From contig JAJYEE010000010.1 in the NCBI GenBank assembly GCA_021790335.1, forward strand, positions 1,715-65,714: a stretch of DNA of 64,000 nt, in the 5' to 3' direction. Made by a program: the position numbers and the translations under genes. Source of the stretch: Pseudomonadota bacterium. GTDB lineage: Bacteria > Pseudomonadota > Gammaproteobacteria > Acidiferrobacterales > UBA6901. Positions 21,826 to 34,724 of this stretch are shown here, piece after piece. The notes under the pieces are model-generated. The model did no database searches. It was not told the DNA's origin and worked only from the letters and a program-made list of their open reading frames with translations. The stretch's first letter is position 1; each line of letters begins with the position of its first letter.

Positions 21826-22257
21826 ATGACCATCGTCATTGTCACCACTGAAAGCGAATTCAGGCGCTGCTTTACCGTCATGGCGCAGCTGCGCACGCAT
21901 CTGGCCGAAGACCAATTCGTCGCGCAGGTTCAGCTCCAGCAGCTTCAAGGCTACCAACTAGCCTGCCTTGGGGACAGCGACGAGGTGCTTTCGCTGGCCG
22001 GGTTCCGCATCATGGACAGGCTGTCACGTGGAAAGGTGATGTACATCGACGACCTTGTTACTGCGCAGGATCGTCGATCACGCGGCTACGGAAGCCGGCT
22101 GTTCGACTGGCTGGTGAAACACGCCGCCGCGCAAGGGTGCATCGAGATGCACCTGGATTCCGGCGTGCAGCGGTTCGCTGCACATCGCTTCTACTGCGCC
22201 CGACGCATGCACATCTCCGCCCACCATTTCTCTCTGAACCTGGACGAATACTCATGA
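21826..22257 (+). CDS. GNAT family N-acetyltransferase
   Basis: The acetyl-CoA binding motif pattern is VMYIDDLVTAQDRRSRGYGSRLFDWLVKHAAAQG...AHRFYCARRM. The start was taken at ATG 21826 within ORF 21790..22257. The stop overlaps the purD ATG. Confidence 0.75.
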   Translation: MTIVIVTTESEFRRCFTVMAQLRTHLAEDQFVAQVQLQQLQGYQLACLGDSDEVLSLAGFRIMDRLSRGKVMYIDDLVTAQDRRSRGYGSRLFDWLVKHAAAQGCIEMHLDSGVQRFAAHRFYCARRMHISAHHFSLNLDEYS

Positions 22258-23537
22258 AGGTCCTTATCGTGGGCGGCGGCGGGCGCGAGCACGCGCTGGC
22301 CTGGAAGGCAGCACAGTCTACGCGGGCCGAAAAGATCTTTGTGGCACCGGGCAACGCCGGCACCGCGCGTGAGCCCAAGTGCGAGAATGTCGCCATCGGC
22401 GCCGAGGATATCGACGGCCTGCTACACTTTGCGCTCGACTCCAGAATCGATCTGACGATTGTCGGGCCCGAAGCGCCGCTGGTGCTCGGCATCGTCGACC
22501 GCTTCAGGGAAGCCGGTCTGCGCTGCTTCGGTCCGAGCCGTGCGGCGGCACAGCTTGAGGGCTCGAAGGTCTTTGCCAAGGATTTTCTGGCACGGCACCA
22601 CATTCCGACCGCCGCCTATGGCAGTTTTACCGATGCCGCTCAGGCGGAAGCCTACATACGCAGGATTGGCGCGCCCATCGTCGTCAAAGCCGACGGCCTT
22701 GCTGCCGGGAAAGGAGTAATCATCGCGCAGACGACAGAAGAGGCGGTAACGGCCGCACACGCCATGCTAGCCGGCAACGCATTCGGTGAAGCCGGGCAAC
22801 GCGTGGTCGTGGAGGAATTTCTGGCGGGGGAAGAGGCGAGTTTCATCGTGATGGTTGACGGCAAGCACGTGCTAACGCTTGCGACCTCACAGGACCACAA
22901 GCGCCTGCGTGACCAGGACCAAGGACCGAACACCGGCGGCATGGGCGCGTACTCACCGGCACCCGTTGTCACGCCGCAGATCCATGACCGTGTTCTGCGT
23001 GAGGTTATCGAACCCACGGTGCGCGGCATGGCGGCCGAAGGTCACCCCTATACAGGCTTTCTCTACGTCGGCCTCATGATCTCCGCCGACGGCACACCTA
23101 GAGTACTCGAGTACAACTGTCGCTTCGGCGACCCGGAGACCCAGCCGGTCATGATGCGCCTGCGCTCGGATCTTCTGGTCCTGCTGGAAGCTGCGGTCGA
23201 GGGTCGACTCGACGGCGCCCAGGCGCAGTGGGATCCGCGCGTCGCACTCGGTGTAGTCATGGCGGCGGCGGGTTATCCCGGTCCCTACCGCAAAGGCGAT
23301 GTGATCCGCGGCCTGGATGTGAAAACTGGGCCAGAACAGAAGGTATTCCATGCCGGAACGGTCGTGTCGGACGGAGAGGTGCTGACCGCCGGCGGACGCG
23401 TTCTGTGTGCGACCGCGCTCGGCGACAGCGTCGCCGAAGCGCAGCGGCTCGCCTATGCACTCGCTCGCAGCATCAGCTGGAATGGCGTGCAGTACCGCAC
23501 CGACATAGGCCATCGCGCAATCGCCCGCGGCCTGTAG
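22254..23537 (+). CDS. purD: phosphoribosylamine-glycine ligase
   Basis: MKVLIVGGGGREHALAWK is the canonical PurD N-terminus. ATG 22254 overlaps the GNAT stop (ATGA). Confidence 0.95.
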   Translation: MKVLIVGGGGREHALAWKAAQSTRAEKIFVAPGNAGTAREPKCENVAIGAEDIDGLLHFALDSRIDLTIVGPEAPLVLGIVDRFREAGLRCFGPSRAAAQLEGSKVFAKDFLARHHIPTAAYGSFTDAAQAEAYIRRIGAPIVVKADGLAAGKGVIIAQTTEEAVTAAHAMLAGNAFGEAGQRVVVEEFLAGEEASFIVMVDGKHVLTLATSQDHKRLRDQDQGPNTGGMGAYSPAPVVTPQIHDRVLREVIEPTVRGMAAEGHPYTGFLYVGLMISADGTPRVLEYNCRFGDPETQPVMMRLRSDLLVLLEAAVEGRLDGAQAQWDPRVALGVVMAAAGYPGPYRKGDVIRGLDVKTGPEQKVFHAGTVVSDGEVLTAGGRVLCATALGDSVAEAQRLAYALARSISWNGVQYRTDIGHRAIARGL

Positions 23538-23646
23538 CAGGCTGCCGCCGGACCCGCCCGCTTCTCGGCTACCTGAGCCGCTGCCTTGCGGTTTTTCTGT
23601 ATAATCCGGCGTAGTCAACGTAAAATAAATCCAGCACCGGGAGACA

Positions 23647-24159
23647 ATGCAGATGGTCATGCCTTTCGTAGCGGTTTTGATGGGCTCCGATTCGGACCTG
23701 CCAACAATGGAGACGACTGCCGCCGTGCTGAAGAAGCTCGGGGTGCCGTTCGAAATGAAAATCACCTCCGCGCACCGCACACCGGATGCTACACATGCCT
23801 ATGTCAAGGATGCCGATGCACGCGGCTGCGCCGTGTTCATCGCTGCTGCCGGGCTGGCCGCACACCTCGCAGGGACGGTCGCCGCGCTCACCGTCAGACC
23901 GGTCATCGGAGTACCCATGGAGGGCGGTCCCCTGAACGGAGAGGATGCCCTGCTTTCCACCGTGCAGATGCCCGGCGGGATCCCGGTGGCGTGTGTAGCG
24001 ATCGGCAAACATGGCGCAAAGAACGCCGCCTACCTGGCCGCACAGATCCTGGCCCTTGGTCAACCAGCCCTAGCAGGCCGGCTGGCGGATGAACGCGCCG
24101 CCAACTCGGCCGAGATTATCGCGAAAGACCAGGCGCTACAGCTGAAGTACGGAAAATAG
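23647..24159 (+). CDS. purE: 5-(carboxyamino)imidazole ribonucleotide mutase
   Basis: [40 protein letters not shown] is the canonical PurE motif. Confidence 0.93.
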   Translation: MQMVMPFVAVLMGSDSDLPTMETTAAVLKKLGVPFEMKITSAHRTPDATHAYVKDADARGCAVFIAAAGLAAHLAGTVAALTVRPVIGVPMEGGPLNGEDALLSTVQMPGGIPVACVAIGKHGAKNAAYLAAQILALGQPALAGRLADERAANSAEIIAKDQALQLKYGK

Positions 24160-24161
24160 CC

Positions 24162-25635
<1,474 letters not shown>

Positions 25636-25698
25636 GGTTCGGCCGCCCGGCGACGCACTGTCCGGCTGCGGGAAGGCTGTGAAGGAGACCACATCCGG

Positions 25699-26460
25699 CT
25701 ATGTCTTCGCCTTTTGCAGACTGTCGCGAAAGGTGGTGAGGATATCCACGGGCAGCGGGAAGACGATGGTCGAACTCCTTTCGCCGGCAATGGTCACCAG
25801 GGTCTGCAGGTAGCGTAGCTGCAGGGCCTGCGGGCTCTGGCTGATGAGTTGCGCCGCCTGCACGAGTTTTTCCGCCGCCTGGAATTCGCCTTCGGCGTTG
25901 ATTATCTTGGCGCGCCTCTGGCGCTCGGCCTCAGCCTGTTGGGAAATGGCACGCACCAGAACGGCGTCGATATCCACGTGCTTGATCTCGACGTTCGCCA
26001 CTTTGATGCCCCAGGCGTCGGTCGCAGAGTCCAGGATCTTCTGAATGTCGACGTTCAGCTTGTCACGCTCCGCCAGCATCTCGTCAAGCTCGTGCTTTCC
26101 GAGAACACTGCGCAAGGTCGTCTGCGCGAGCTGGCTGGTTGCTGCATAGTAGTCCTCTACCTGGATGATTGCCCGCTGCGGCTCGATCACCCGGAAGTAG
26201 ACAACCGCACTGACCTTTACCGATACGTTGTCGCGGGAAATCACGTCCTGCGGCGGCACCTCGAACACAATGGTGCGCAAATCCACCTTAACCATCTGCT
26301 GAATGACGGGGATGATGAGGACCATTCCCGGTCCCTTGACCTTCCAGAACCGCCCGAGAAGAAACACCACGCCGCGCTCGTATTCACGCAAGATGCGCAC
26401 TGCAGAAATTAGCAACACCAGCACGACCAGACCGATGACGGCCAATGACAGGAATTCCAT
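25699..26460 (-). CDS. SPFH/band-7 (stomatin-like) membrane protein
   Basis: 253 aa with an N-terminal TM segment. The stomatin pattern is [28 protein letters not shown]...[22 protein letters not shown]. The start lies 1 nt after the nfeD stop. Confidence 0.9.
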   Translation of the reverse strand: MEFLSLAVIGLVVLVLLISAVRILREYERGVVFLLGRFWKVKGPGMVLIIPVIQQMVKVDLRTIVFEVPPQDVISRDNVSVKVSAVVYFRVIEPQRAIIQVEDYYAATSQLAQTTLRSVLGKHELDEMLAERDKLNVDIQKILDSATDAWGIKVANVEIKHVDIDAVLVRAISQQAEAERQRRAKIINAEGEFQAAEKLVQAAQLISQSPQALQLRYLQTLVTIAGERSSTIVFPLPVDILTTFRDSLQKAKT

Positions 26461-26461
26461 G

Positions 26462-27829
26462 CTAGTCGACCTCCTCGCCGAATGGTTCTACCAACAGCAC
26501 CAGACCCTCCATGCCCACCACTTTGACTTTCTGGCCCCGGACCAGCGGCAGGCGTGTGCGTGCTTGCCACTCCTCGCTATGCACCCTCACCCGCCCGTCG
26601 GTCTTGAAAGTGGAAAGCGCCTCGCCGACGGCGCCGATCATCTGCTCGCGTCCGCTCACGACCGGCCGCCGACGTGCCCTCAGCGCCAGACTGACCACCG
26701 TCATGAAAAACGCCGCGCTCATCAGCGCCACACCGCCAACCAGCCACCATGACGGTCCGAACCCCGGCGAAGCCGCATCCAGCAGCATTACCGAACCTAC
26801 GACGAATGCGGCGACCCCTCCCAGACCGAGCGCCCCGAAGCTCGGCACAAATACCTCGGCCACCATCATCCCAATGCCAAGCAGTATCAGGCCAATACCG
26901 GCGAAGCTCACTGGCAGGACCTGAAAAGCGAACAGGGCCAGCAACAGTGATATGGCGCCAAGGACGCCGGGGAAAACGAGCCCCGGATGCCACATCTCGA
27001 AGAACAGCCCGTAGATCCCAAGAAGCATCAGAATGTATGCCATGCTCGGATTAGTGATCACCGAAAGCAGGCGATTGCGCCAGCCGGGATTTATGCGAAT
27101 TACGGACGCGCCGGCGGTTTCCAGGGTAATCGAACCACCAAGGACGCCGACCGTGCGCCCATTGACCTTGGCCAGCAGGTCGGGAACATTCCGGGCGATG
27201 AGATCGATGACTCGCAGCTTGAGTGCTTCCTCGGCAGGCAGGCTTACTGCATGGCGTACCGCCTTTACCGCCCAGGCAGCATTACGCCGGCGCAGCTGGG
27301 CGAGGCCGCGTATGTAGGCGGCAGCATCGTTGACGATCTTCCGCGTTTCGGTGCCCGTCCCGCGCTCTGCGCCCGATTTTCCGCTGCTGCCGGCCTTTGG
27401 GGGCGACTGCCCTTTGCCGGAGCCCGGCAGAGTGCCGATCTCTATGGGAGTAGCCGCTCCCAGGTTGGTGGCAGGTGCCATGGCGGCGATGTTACAGGCA
27501 TACAGAATGTAGGTGCCGGCGCTCGCCGCACGCGCTCCGCTTGGCGCGACGAACCCCGCCACTGGTACGGGCGAAGCAAGAATGTCACGTATGATCCGGC
27601 GCATGGCCAGGTCCAAGCCGCCCGGCGTATCCATGCGCAGCACCACGAGTACGGCATTAAGCGATTTGGCACGCGCCAGCCCGCGGTGCACATAGTCGCT
27701 CGTAGCCGGACCGATGGGCCCATTGATATCGAGTTGCACAACAACCCGGTCCGATGCCAAGGCGGCCACAGGGGAGAGTACCGAAATGGCAACGAGCACA
27801 CACAAGACGAGCAGGCGTGGGCGCGACAT
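26462..27829 (-). CDS. NfeD-family membrane-bound ClpP-class serine protease
   Basis: 455 aa. It has a signal peptide, a ClpP-like domain ([15 protein letters not shown]...MDTPGG), multiple TM helices and a C-terminal OB-fold NfeD domain. It pairs with the downstream SPFH gene in the classic arrangement. Confidence 0.88.
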   Translation of the reverse strand: MSRPRLLVLCVLVAISVLSPVAALASDRVVVQLDINGPIGPATSDYVHRGLARAKSLNAVLVVLRMDTPGGLDLAMRRIIRDILASPVPVAGFVAPSGARAASAGTYILYACNIAAMAPATNLGAATPIEIGTLPGSGKGQSPPKAGSSGKSGAERGTGTETRKIVNDAAAYIRGLAQLRRRNAAWAVKAVRHAVSLPAEEALKLRVIDLIARNVPDLLAKVNGRTVGVLGGSITLETAGASVIRINPGWRNRLLSVITNPSMAYILMLLGIYGLFFEMWHPGLVFPGVLGAISLLLALFAFQVLPVSFAGIGLILLGIGMMVAEVFVPSFGALGLGGVAAFVVGSVMLLDAASPGFGPSWWLVGGVALMSAAFFMTVVSLALRARRRPVVSGREQMIGAVGEALSTFKTDGRVRVHSEEWQARTRLPLVRGQKVKVVGMEGLVLLVEPFGEEVD

Positions 27830-28338
27830 GGCACTACATTACCAGCATTGCCCAGCGATGAGTAGGAATAGATCCAGACATTCCGCCAGCAGCGCTTCGG
27901 CAACTGCGCATGCAGGATCGGATCAGCTTTGTCTTGCAGTCGAGACGCTTTAAGTACGTGAAAACCGGATCCGAAACCGGACGTTCCTTCCGGTCTGACG
28001 CTGCTCTGGCTATGCAGCCTCCCAGCCGGGCAACTGGACGCGGATCATGTCGGTCTGGCCGGGTTGTGCCAGTGCCAACCCCGATTCGCGACACTGAGAG
28101 ACTGAGTGAGGGGAGGGCATGCCGCCCACGCGTGAGTCCGTAACAGGTCGCGCGGCCTGAATACCCCGCGAGCGGGGACATGCGGGCCCGGTTCGGCAAT
28201 TCTTGAGATAGGGTGCAGATACCGTCCCCGGCGTGTCCGTGGAGCCAGGTTAGGGTTACACAGCTGGACTTGTCCTGCGCTGTCGAAATGCGGGTTTGCC
28301 GACATTCAATACGTGGCGCAGCCGCGCCACGCCGGACT

Positions 28339-29769
28339 TCATCCGATGACCGGCTTCTCTTTCTGCTTGTAGCGGTGCAACGGACTGTGCTTCGGCTGCG
28401 GCGTTTCGGCTTTGGAAACCGTCGCCTTCGGAACCTCGGGTGCCGCGGATAGTGGTGGTTGTTCGCGGACCCTGCCATCCGGCTTCGCGACGGAATGCCG
28501 CCGTGAACGATCCGCCCCGCGTCCACGCGGCCGTGCGTCATGATGGCCCGGAGGGCGCCCATGTGCGCGCGCAGCCCAGCCGGGAGGCTGCTCGAGCACG
28601 GGCAGCAGGTCGTCGCTCAAGCGCTCGACCGGGATCTTGTGCCCGATGTACTGCTCGATGTCCATCAATGAAAATGCGTATTCCTCGCAGGCAAAGCTGA
28701 TGGCGTCGCCGGTCGCGCCGGCGCGCGCGGTACGCCCGATGCGATGCACATAGTCCTCGGGATCCTGCGGCAGATCGAAGTTGAATACGTGGCTCACGTC
28801 AAGAATGTGCAGCCCGCGGGCCGCAACATCGGTTGCTACCAGTATCGGAAGCTTTCCATCCTGGAATTCGCGCAACAGATGCTGGCGCTTGGTCTGCGGC
28901 ACATCCCCCGAAAGCACCTCAGCATTGAAACCATTTGCCGACAGCCATGCACGCAGCCGCTCCGCGGCGCCTTTGGTGTTGGTGAAAACCAGGCTGCGCC
29001 TCGGATCCGTTCGCCGCAGCAGGCCTACAAGCAACGGGATCTTTTCCTCGTTGGCGGTGTGGTAGATCGTTTCAGTGACGTTGTCGGCAGTGATCTTGTC
29101 CGGCTCAATCTTGATGAGCTGCGGGTTGTTCATATGTTCGTAGGCGAGCTCGATAACGCGATAGGACAGCGTCGCGGAGAACAGCATACCCAAGCGCTGG
29201 TCAGGCGGAGGCATCCGCCGCAGCAGATAGCGGATGTCCTTGATGAAGCCGAGGTCAAACATGCGGTCGGCTTCATCCAGCACCATGACCTGGACCGCAT
29301 CGAGTCCAAAAACATGCTGCTTGAAATAATCGATCATGCGCCCCGGAGTCCCAACCAGTACATCCACCCCCTGTTCCAGGGCACGTCGCTGGGATTCATA
29401 TCCGGTACCGCCGTAGACCAGGACCAGCCGCAGACCGGTATGCGCGCCCAGCATTTCGGCATCCTTGTGGATCTGTATGGCCAGCTCGCGAGTGGGCGCA
29501 AGAATCACGACCCGCGGCTGGTCGGCGCGGCGGGTCGTGGCCGCCGGATGTGTCAAGAGATGATTGAACGCCGCCAGCAGGAATGCCGCGGTCTTACCGG
29601 TGCCTGTCTGTGCCTGACCAGCAACATCATGCCCCGCCAGCGCCAGCGGCAGGGCTGCTGCCTGGATAGGGGTGCAGTATTCGAATCCGAGGTCGCGTAC
29701 ACCTCGCAGCAGAGGTTCCGCCAGGCTCAGGTCGGCAAATCGCCGGTCAGTAGGGTGTTGTGTGCTCAT
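28339..29769 (-). CDS. rhlB: ATP-dependent RNA helicase RhlB (DEAD-box)
   Basis: It shows close collinear similarity to E. coli RhlB ([76 protein letters not shown]) and has a basic C-terminal tail. It is divergent from trxA-rho, as in E. coli. Confidence 0.9.
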   Translation of the reverse strand: MSTQHPTDRRFADLSLAEPLLRGVRDLGFEYCTPIQAAALPLALAGHDVAGQAQTGTGKTAAFLLAAFNHLLTHPAATTRRADQPRVVILAPTRELAIQIHKDAEMLGAHTGLRLVLVYGGTGYESQRRALEQGVDVLVGTPGRMIDYFKQHVFGLDAVQVMVLDEADRMFDLGFIKDIRYLLRRMPPPDQRLGMLFSATLSYRVIELAYEHMNNPQLIKIEPDKITADNVTETIYHTANEEKIPLLVGLLRRTDPRRSLVFTNTKGAAERLRAWLSANGFNAEVLSGDVPQTKRQHLLREFQDGKLPILVATDVAARGLHILDVSHVFNFDLPQDPEDYVHRIGRTARAGATGDAISFACEEYAFSLMDIEQYIGHKIPVERLSDDLLPVLEQPPGWAARAHGRPPGHHDARPRGRGADRSRRHSVAKPDGRVREQPPLSAAPEVPKATVSKAETPQPKHSPLHRYKQKEKPVIG

Positions 29770-29971
29770 TGATTGTGTGCCAAGAATAACAGGAAATGCC
29801 CACCTTTGGGACAGGAATTACACAAATCTGGCCTGAAACCACCGATTTGCGGTGGCATCCTTGCAATGACAGGGCGAATCCGCTCAAAATATGAGGGCTC
29901 GGCATACGGCAATGGAGCGCCAGAATGCCTTTTGGCAAATCACCCCACAGTCACGTCGGAGACAATCGACC

Positions 29972-30298
29972 ATGAGTCAAGACATCAGTCATGTTACGGA
30001 CAGCTCGTTCGAGCAGGAGGTACTCAAGGCGCCGGGACCGGTGTTGGTCGACTTCTGGGCGGAGTGGTGCGGACCCTGCAAGATGATTGCTCCAGTCCTT
30101 GAAGAGATCTCGGGAGAGTACGCAGGCAAGCTCAAGATCATCAAGCTCAACATCGATGAAAATCCGGCAACACCACCGAAATACGGCATTCGCGGTATTC
30201 CGACGCTGATGCTTTTCAAAAATGGCAACGTGGAGGCAACCAAAGTCGGCGCAGTCTCCAAATCGCAGCTGTCGGCGTTCATCGACGGCAATCTGTGA
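29972..30298 (+). CDS. trxA: thioredoxin
   Basis: 108 aa from ATG 29972. [18 protein letters not shown] carries the WCGPC active site. Confidence 0.95.
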   Translation: MSQDISHVTDSSFEQEVLKAPGPVLVDFWAEWCGPCKMIAPVLEEISGEYAGKLKIIKLNIDENPATPPKYGIRGIPTLMLFKNGNVEATKVGAVSKSQLSAFIDGNL

Positions 30299-30503
30299 TG
30301 GCGTCACAGGACGCATACTGGACGACAGCCAAAACAGGTGCTATGGTTGCTCATCAAGAATCGAATAATTCCTTTTTGAATTTCCAACTCCAATTAGTCA
30401 GGTTTAAGCTCTTTTCTTTCAACCCATAGGGCCGCCCCGTTGGGCAGGCCCGCCCTGTTCCCTCCCTATGTACCCAGCCGCCACCGATCCGACCCAAAGA
30501 CTT

Positions 30504-31760
30504 ATGAACCTTTCAGAACTGAAGAAAAAACCCGCCACCGAACTGGTCGACATGGCCACGGCCATGGACCTGGAGGGCGGCAGCCGGCTGCGCAAGCAGG
30601 ACCTGATATTCGCATTACTCAAGGCCCAGGCAAAAAAGGGAGAGGACATCACCGGCGAAGGCGTGGTGGAAATCCTTCAGGACGGATTCGGATTCCTGCG
30701 GTCGGCCGACAGTTCCTACCTGGCCGGACCGGATGACATCTACGTTTCGCCGTCCCAGATCAGGCGCTTCAACCTGCGCACTGGCGACACAGTGAGCGGC
30801 ACCATCCGTCCGCCCAAAGAATCGGAACGTTACTTCGCGCTGCTCAAGGTGGACCAGGTCAACTACCAGTCCCCCGAGGAAGCCAAGAACAAGGTACTGT
30901 TCGAGAACCTGACGCCGCTGCATCCAAATCGGCGACTCAAGCTCGAGCGGGACAATGCGTCGAGCGAAAACCTCACCGGCCGGGTAATCGACCTGATCGC
31001 CCCCATAGGCATGGGGCAACGCGGTCTGATCGTTTCGTCACCGAAGAGCGGGAAAACGGTGATGTTGCAAAACATCGCCCATTCGATCACTGCCAATCAT
31101 CCGGAGTGCCTGCTGATCGTGCTGCTGATCGATGAGCGCCCGGAGGAAGTGACGGAAATGCAGCGCTCGGTCCGCGGCGAAGTGATTTCTTCGACGTTCG
31201 ACGAACCCGCAACCCGTCACGTGCAGGTCGCGGAGATGGTGATTGAGAAGGCCAAGCGGCTGGTCGAGCACAAACGCGATGTGATCATCCTGCTTGATTC
31301 GATCACGCGTCTGGCACGCGCCTACAACACGGTTGTTCCGGCTTCAGGCAAGGTGCTTACCGGTGGCGTCGACGCAAACGCGCTGCAACGTCCAAAGCGG
31401 TTCTTCGGCGCAGCGCGCAACATCGAAGAGGGCGGCAGCCTCACCATTCTGGCAACGGCGCTGATCGAGACCGGCTCCAAGATGGACGACGTCATCTACG
31501 AGGAGTTCAAGGGCACGGGCAACATGGAGATCCATCTTGACCGCAGGCTCTCGGAAAAGCGCGTCTACCCGGCCATCAACATCAACCGTTCCGGCACGCG
31601 CCGCGAAGAACTCTTGATAGAGCCGACGGAACTGCAGAAAATGTGGATATTGCGCAAGCTGCTGCATCCGATGGATGACATGGAGGCCTCCGAATTCCTG
31701 CTCGACAGGATGCGGTCGACCAAGAACAACGCCGAATTTTTCGATTCCATGAAACGCTGA
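30504..31760 (+). CDS. rho: transcription termination factor Rho
   Basis: [18 protein letters not shown]... with the Walker A PKSGKT. It is 418 aa from ATG 30504, within ORF 30468..31760, and is preceded by an AT-rich leader. Confidence 0.97.
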   Translation: MNLSELKKKPATELVDMATAMDLEGGSRLRKQDLIFALLKAQAKKGEDITGEGVVEILQDGFGFLRSADSSYLAGPDDIYVSPSQIRRFNLRTGDTVSGTIRPPKESERYFALLKVDQVNYQSPEEAKNKVLFENLTPLHPNRRLKLERDNASSENLTGRVIDLIAPIGMGQRGLIVSSPKSGKTVMLQNIAHSITANHPECLLIVLLIDERPEEVTEMQRSVRGEVISSTFDEPATRHVQVAEMVIEKAKRLVEHKRDVIILLDSITRLARAYNTVVPASGKVLTGGVDANALQRPKRFFGAARNIEEGGSLTILATALIETGSKMDDVIYEEFKGTGNMEIHLDRRLSEKRVYPAININRSGTRREELLIEPTELQKMWILRKLLHPMDDMEASEFLLDRMRSTKNNAEFFDSMKR

Positions 31761-31843
31761 GCCGGGCTTGCGTCGCACCCGAGTTTTGCTTAAGATGCAC
31801 GGCCCTTGGGGTCTTCCGATCCCGCCCAGAGCAGAGGTAACCC

Positions 31844-32056
31844 ATGAAAACCGGCATACATCCCGAATACACGGAAATCCAGGTAACCTGCGCCTGCGGC
31901 AATGGATTTACGACCCGCTCCACCCTCGGCCATGACCTGCAGGTCGAAGTCTGTGCTAGCTGCCACCCCTTTTATACGGGCAAACAGAAGATCGTGGATA
32001 GCGCCGGACGGGTAGAGAAATTCCGCCAGAAATACGGGATGAGCGCCAAGCGCTAG
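31844..32056 (+). CDS. rpmE: 50S ribosomal protein L31
   Basis: [20 protein letters not shown]...[13 protein letters not shown] is the zinc-binding type A L31. Confidence 0.95.
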   Translation: MKTGIHPEYTEIQVTCACGNGFTTRSTLGHDLQVEVCASCHPFYTGKQKIVDSAGRVEKFRQKYGMSAKR

Positions 32057-32078
32057 CAGCCAGGATGCTTCTTGATGA

Positions 32079-32114
32079 AAAACAAGAAGGCGCCGGATGG
32101 CGCCTTCTTGTTTT
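32079..32114 (+). terminator. rho-independent terminator after rpmE
   Basis: The sequence aaaacaagaaggcgcc-ggat-ggcgccttcttgtttt has a long perfect stem ending in a T tract. It lies 23 nt after the rpmE stop. Confidence 0.8.
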
Positions 32115-32246
32115 GGGCCGAAGAGACGCTCAGGCTAATCAGGCCTTCAGCGGAGAAAGGGGCCCGTCGCACAAGCCGGTGGCCGGCGTCCGCGATGGCG
32201 GCCACCGGCATATCGATACTTACCCAATCGTTTGGCTCGCAATCGA

Positions 32247-33542
32247 ATGAATGACGATTTCAGACAAGCCGCTCTCGACTATCACGCACTGCCGGTACCG
32301 GGCAAACTGAGCGTTACGCCGAGCAAACCCTGTGTTTCACAGTACGATCTGTCCCTGGCCTACACCCCGGGTGTGGCGGAACCGGTGCGTGAGATAGCCC
32401 GCAACCCGGAGACGGCCTACCGTTACACCAACCGCGGCAATTTGGTTGCAGTCATTACTGACGGCACTGCAGTACTTGGCCTGGGAAACGTCGGTCCGAT
32501 AGCGGCGAAACCGGTACTCGAGGGCAAGGCGGTGCTCTTCAAATATTTTGCCGGCATCGACGTATTCGACATCGAGGTCGCGGCGCGCACCACTGAAGAA
32601 TTCATCAGCACCGTGGCGGCGATCGCGCCGACATTCGGAGGAATTAACCTCGAAGATATCGCCGCACCAGAATGCTTCGTGATCGAGGAAGCCCTCATGA
32701 AGCTTTTGGATATCCCGGTATTTCACGACGACCAGCACGGCACAGCAGTGATCATTGCCGCCGGCCTGCTCAATGCTATCGAGCTTCAGGGGAAAAAACT
32801 TGCGGAGGCTCGCATCGTCTGTCTAGGGGCGGGTGCAGCCGGCCTGACGTCCATGGGTCTGCTGGAGACCCTCGGTGCCGATATCGGGAACATCCTTATG
32901 GTCGACAGCAAGGGTGTAATCCATAGCGGTCGCGGTGACCTGAACGTGTACAAGCAGCGCTTTGCCCACGTCACCGGGGCGCGCAGCCTCGCTGATGCGA
33001 TGAGCGGCGCCGACGTCTTCGTGGGCGTATCGGCCGCCAATCTGGTCACGCCGGATATGCTCGCGTCGATGGCTCCAAGGCCCATTGTTTTTGCGCTTTC
33101 CAACCCCGACCCAGAGATTCGCCCCGAAGTTGCGCACCGTGTGCGCAGCGACCTGATCATGGCTACCGGCAGATCAGATTTTCCGAATCAGATCAATAAT
33201 GTGCTGGGATTTCCGTTTATCTTCCGGGGGGCCTTGGACGTGCGTGCGCGCAGCATCAACCGGGAGATGATGATCGCGGCCGTCAAGACACTCTGTTCCC
33301 TGACACACGAACCCGTACCCGCCCAGGTACTCGAAGCCTATAAACTGGCCAGCCTGAGCTACGGACCCGACTACATCATTCCCAAACCTCTGGACCCAAG
33401 ACTGATCGAGGTCGTGCCGCCGGCTGTGGCTCAGGCGGCCATCGACTCGGGTGTGGCACGCGGTCCCTTCCCCGCTCATTACAACCGACCGGCGGACGGT
33501 GCCTGGCCAGGCCGCCAGCCCAAGAGCGTGTCGCTGGAATAA
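32247..33542 (+). CDS. NAD(P)-dependent malic enzyme (short form, no phosphotransacetylase-like domain)
   Basis: [43 protein letters not shown]...[13 protein letters not shown] is the canonical MaeB/YtsJ-type N-terminal domain. At about 431 aa the C-terminal PTA-like extension is absent. Confidence 0.9.
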   Translation: MNDDFRQAALDYHALPVPGKLSVTPSKPCVSQYDLSLAYTPGVAEPVREIARNPETAYRYTNRGNLVAVITDGTAVLGLGNVGPIAAKPVLEGKAVLFKYFAGIDVFDIEVAARTTEEFISTVAAIAPTFGGINLEDIAAPECFVIEEALMKLLDIPVFHDDQHGTAVIIAAGLLNAIELQGKKLAEARIVCLGAGAAGLTSMGLLETLGADIGNILMVDSKGVIHSGRGDLNVYKQRFAHVTGARSLADAMSGADVFVGVSAANLVTPDMLASMAPRPIVFALSNPDPEIRPEVAHRVRSDLIMATGRSDFPNQINNVLGFPFIFRGALDVRARSINREMMIAAVKTLCSLTHEPVPAQVLEAYKLASLSYGPDYIIPKPLDPRLIEVVPPAVAQAAIDSGVARGPFPAHYNRPADGAWPGRQPKSVSLE

Positions 33543-33786
33543 CCCGGACACCTCGCCGCTGTCTGGATCCTTGATCGGAGTTTGTTCGACCTGAGGCAGG
33601 TTGGGCACGCAGCCGATAGTCCGGTCCGTGCGCACTCGTCGGCAGATGCAAGGCAGTCGGACGTGGCAACATGCCACACGGATTCGGTGCCGGGCAATGC
33701 ACCGGCCGGGAACTCCCCTCCGTTCTTCTATACTAAAAAAGTCGAAAGCGTGAACTGAGGTTCGGCAAACGGAAAAGGAGCGGTCA

Positions 33787-34716
33787 ATGGAAAAAATTAC
33801 CATCGTAGGCGCAGGACGGGTAGGCGAGTCGACAGCTCATAACCTCGCCAAGGCGGAGCTGTGTCGGCGGATCGCACTCATCGATATCAAGGAGGGCATG
33901 CCCCAGGGCACTGCTCTGGATATACAGGAATCCGCGCCGATATTCGGGTTCGACACCAAGCTTACCGGACACAACGAACTCGATGCGATGGCCGGCTCGG
34001 ACCTGATCATCATCACTGCCGGCGTCCCCCGCAAACCTGGAATGTCGCGATCCGACGTGCTGGATGTCAATGTCCCGGTTGTTACTGAGATAGTCGATGA
34101 GGCGGTGCGCTCAGCGCCGGAAGCCATGATTCTCATGGTAACCAATCCCGTTGACGTGCTTACCTATGTGGCATGGAAACGCAGCGGCTGGAAGCGCAAC
34201 CGGGTCTTCGGCCTGTCCGGGGTCCTCGATTCGACACGCATGGCAAGTTTTATAGCGATGGAAACCGGCTTTTCCATCAAGGACATCACGGCCATGGTGC
34301 TGGGGGGGCATGGAGACACCATGGTCCCGCTGCCCCGATACAGCTGCATCAACGGCATTCCCATCAGCTGTTTCCTGGACGCGCAGACCGTCGCGCGCAT
34401 CGCCGAACGAACACGTCAGGGAGGTGCGGAGATCCTGGCGTTGCGCAAAACCAGCAGCGCCTATGATGCCCCGGCAGCAGCGGTTGCGACGATGGTCGAT
34501 GCCATCCAGCACGGACGCAAGCGAATCCTGCCCTGCGTCGCCATACTCGACGGGGAGTACGGTCAGAATGGGATATGCATGGGGGTGCCGGTGATACTGG
34601 GCAGCGGCGGCATGGAGCAGGTCGTGGAACTGGAGCTGAATGAAGATGAGTCCGGCGAGTTTGTCCGCTCGGCCGAACACGTCCGCGCGGATCTCGCACG
34701 TCTCAGGCTCGGATGA
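33787..34716 (+). CDS. mdh: malate dehydrogenase (LDH-like family)
   Basis: MEKITIVGAGRVGESTA..., GVPRKPGMSRSDV (Arg at the substrate-selectivity position) and GGHGDTMVP. AAGGAG lies upstream of the ATG. Confidence 0.93.
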   Translation: MEKITIVGAGRVGESTAHNLAKAELCRRIALIDIKEGMPQGTALDIQESAPIFGFDTKLTGHNELDAMAGSDLIIITAGVPRKPGMSRSDVLDVNVPVVTEIVDEAVRSAPEAMILMVTNPVDVLTYVAWKRSGWKRNRVFGLSGVLDSTRMASFIAMETGFSIKDITAMVLGGHGDTMVPLPRYSCINGIPISCFLDAQTVARIAERTRQGGAEILALRKTSSAYDAPAAAVATMVDAIQHGRKRILPCVAILDGEYGQNGICMGVPVILGSGGMEQVVELELNEDESGEFVRSAEHVRADLARLRLG

Positions 34717-34724
34717 GGTGCGCT

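Noticed and set aside
23600-23615. Promoter call for purE from the TATAAT at ctgTATAATcc
   Set aside because: There is no acceptable -35 at 16-18 nt, and the TG is one base out of register for an extended -10. The evidence is too weak to list as a feature.
28080-28200. TPP (THI-box) riboswitch suggested by ctgagag and cctgaatacc
   Set aside because: The remaining conserved THI-box segments and helices are missing, and there is no downstream thiamine-related gene on that strand.
27834-28562. 242-aa minus-strand ORF between nfeD and rhlB
   Set aside because: It overlaps the rhlB C-terminal coding region out of frame. It is extremely Arg/Ser/Pro-rich and has no motif.
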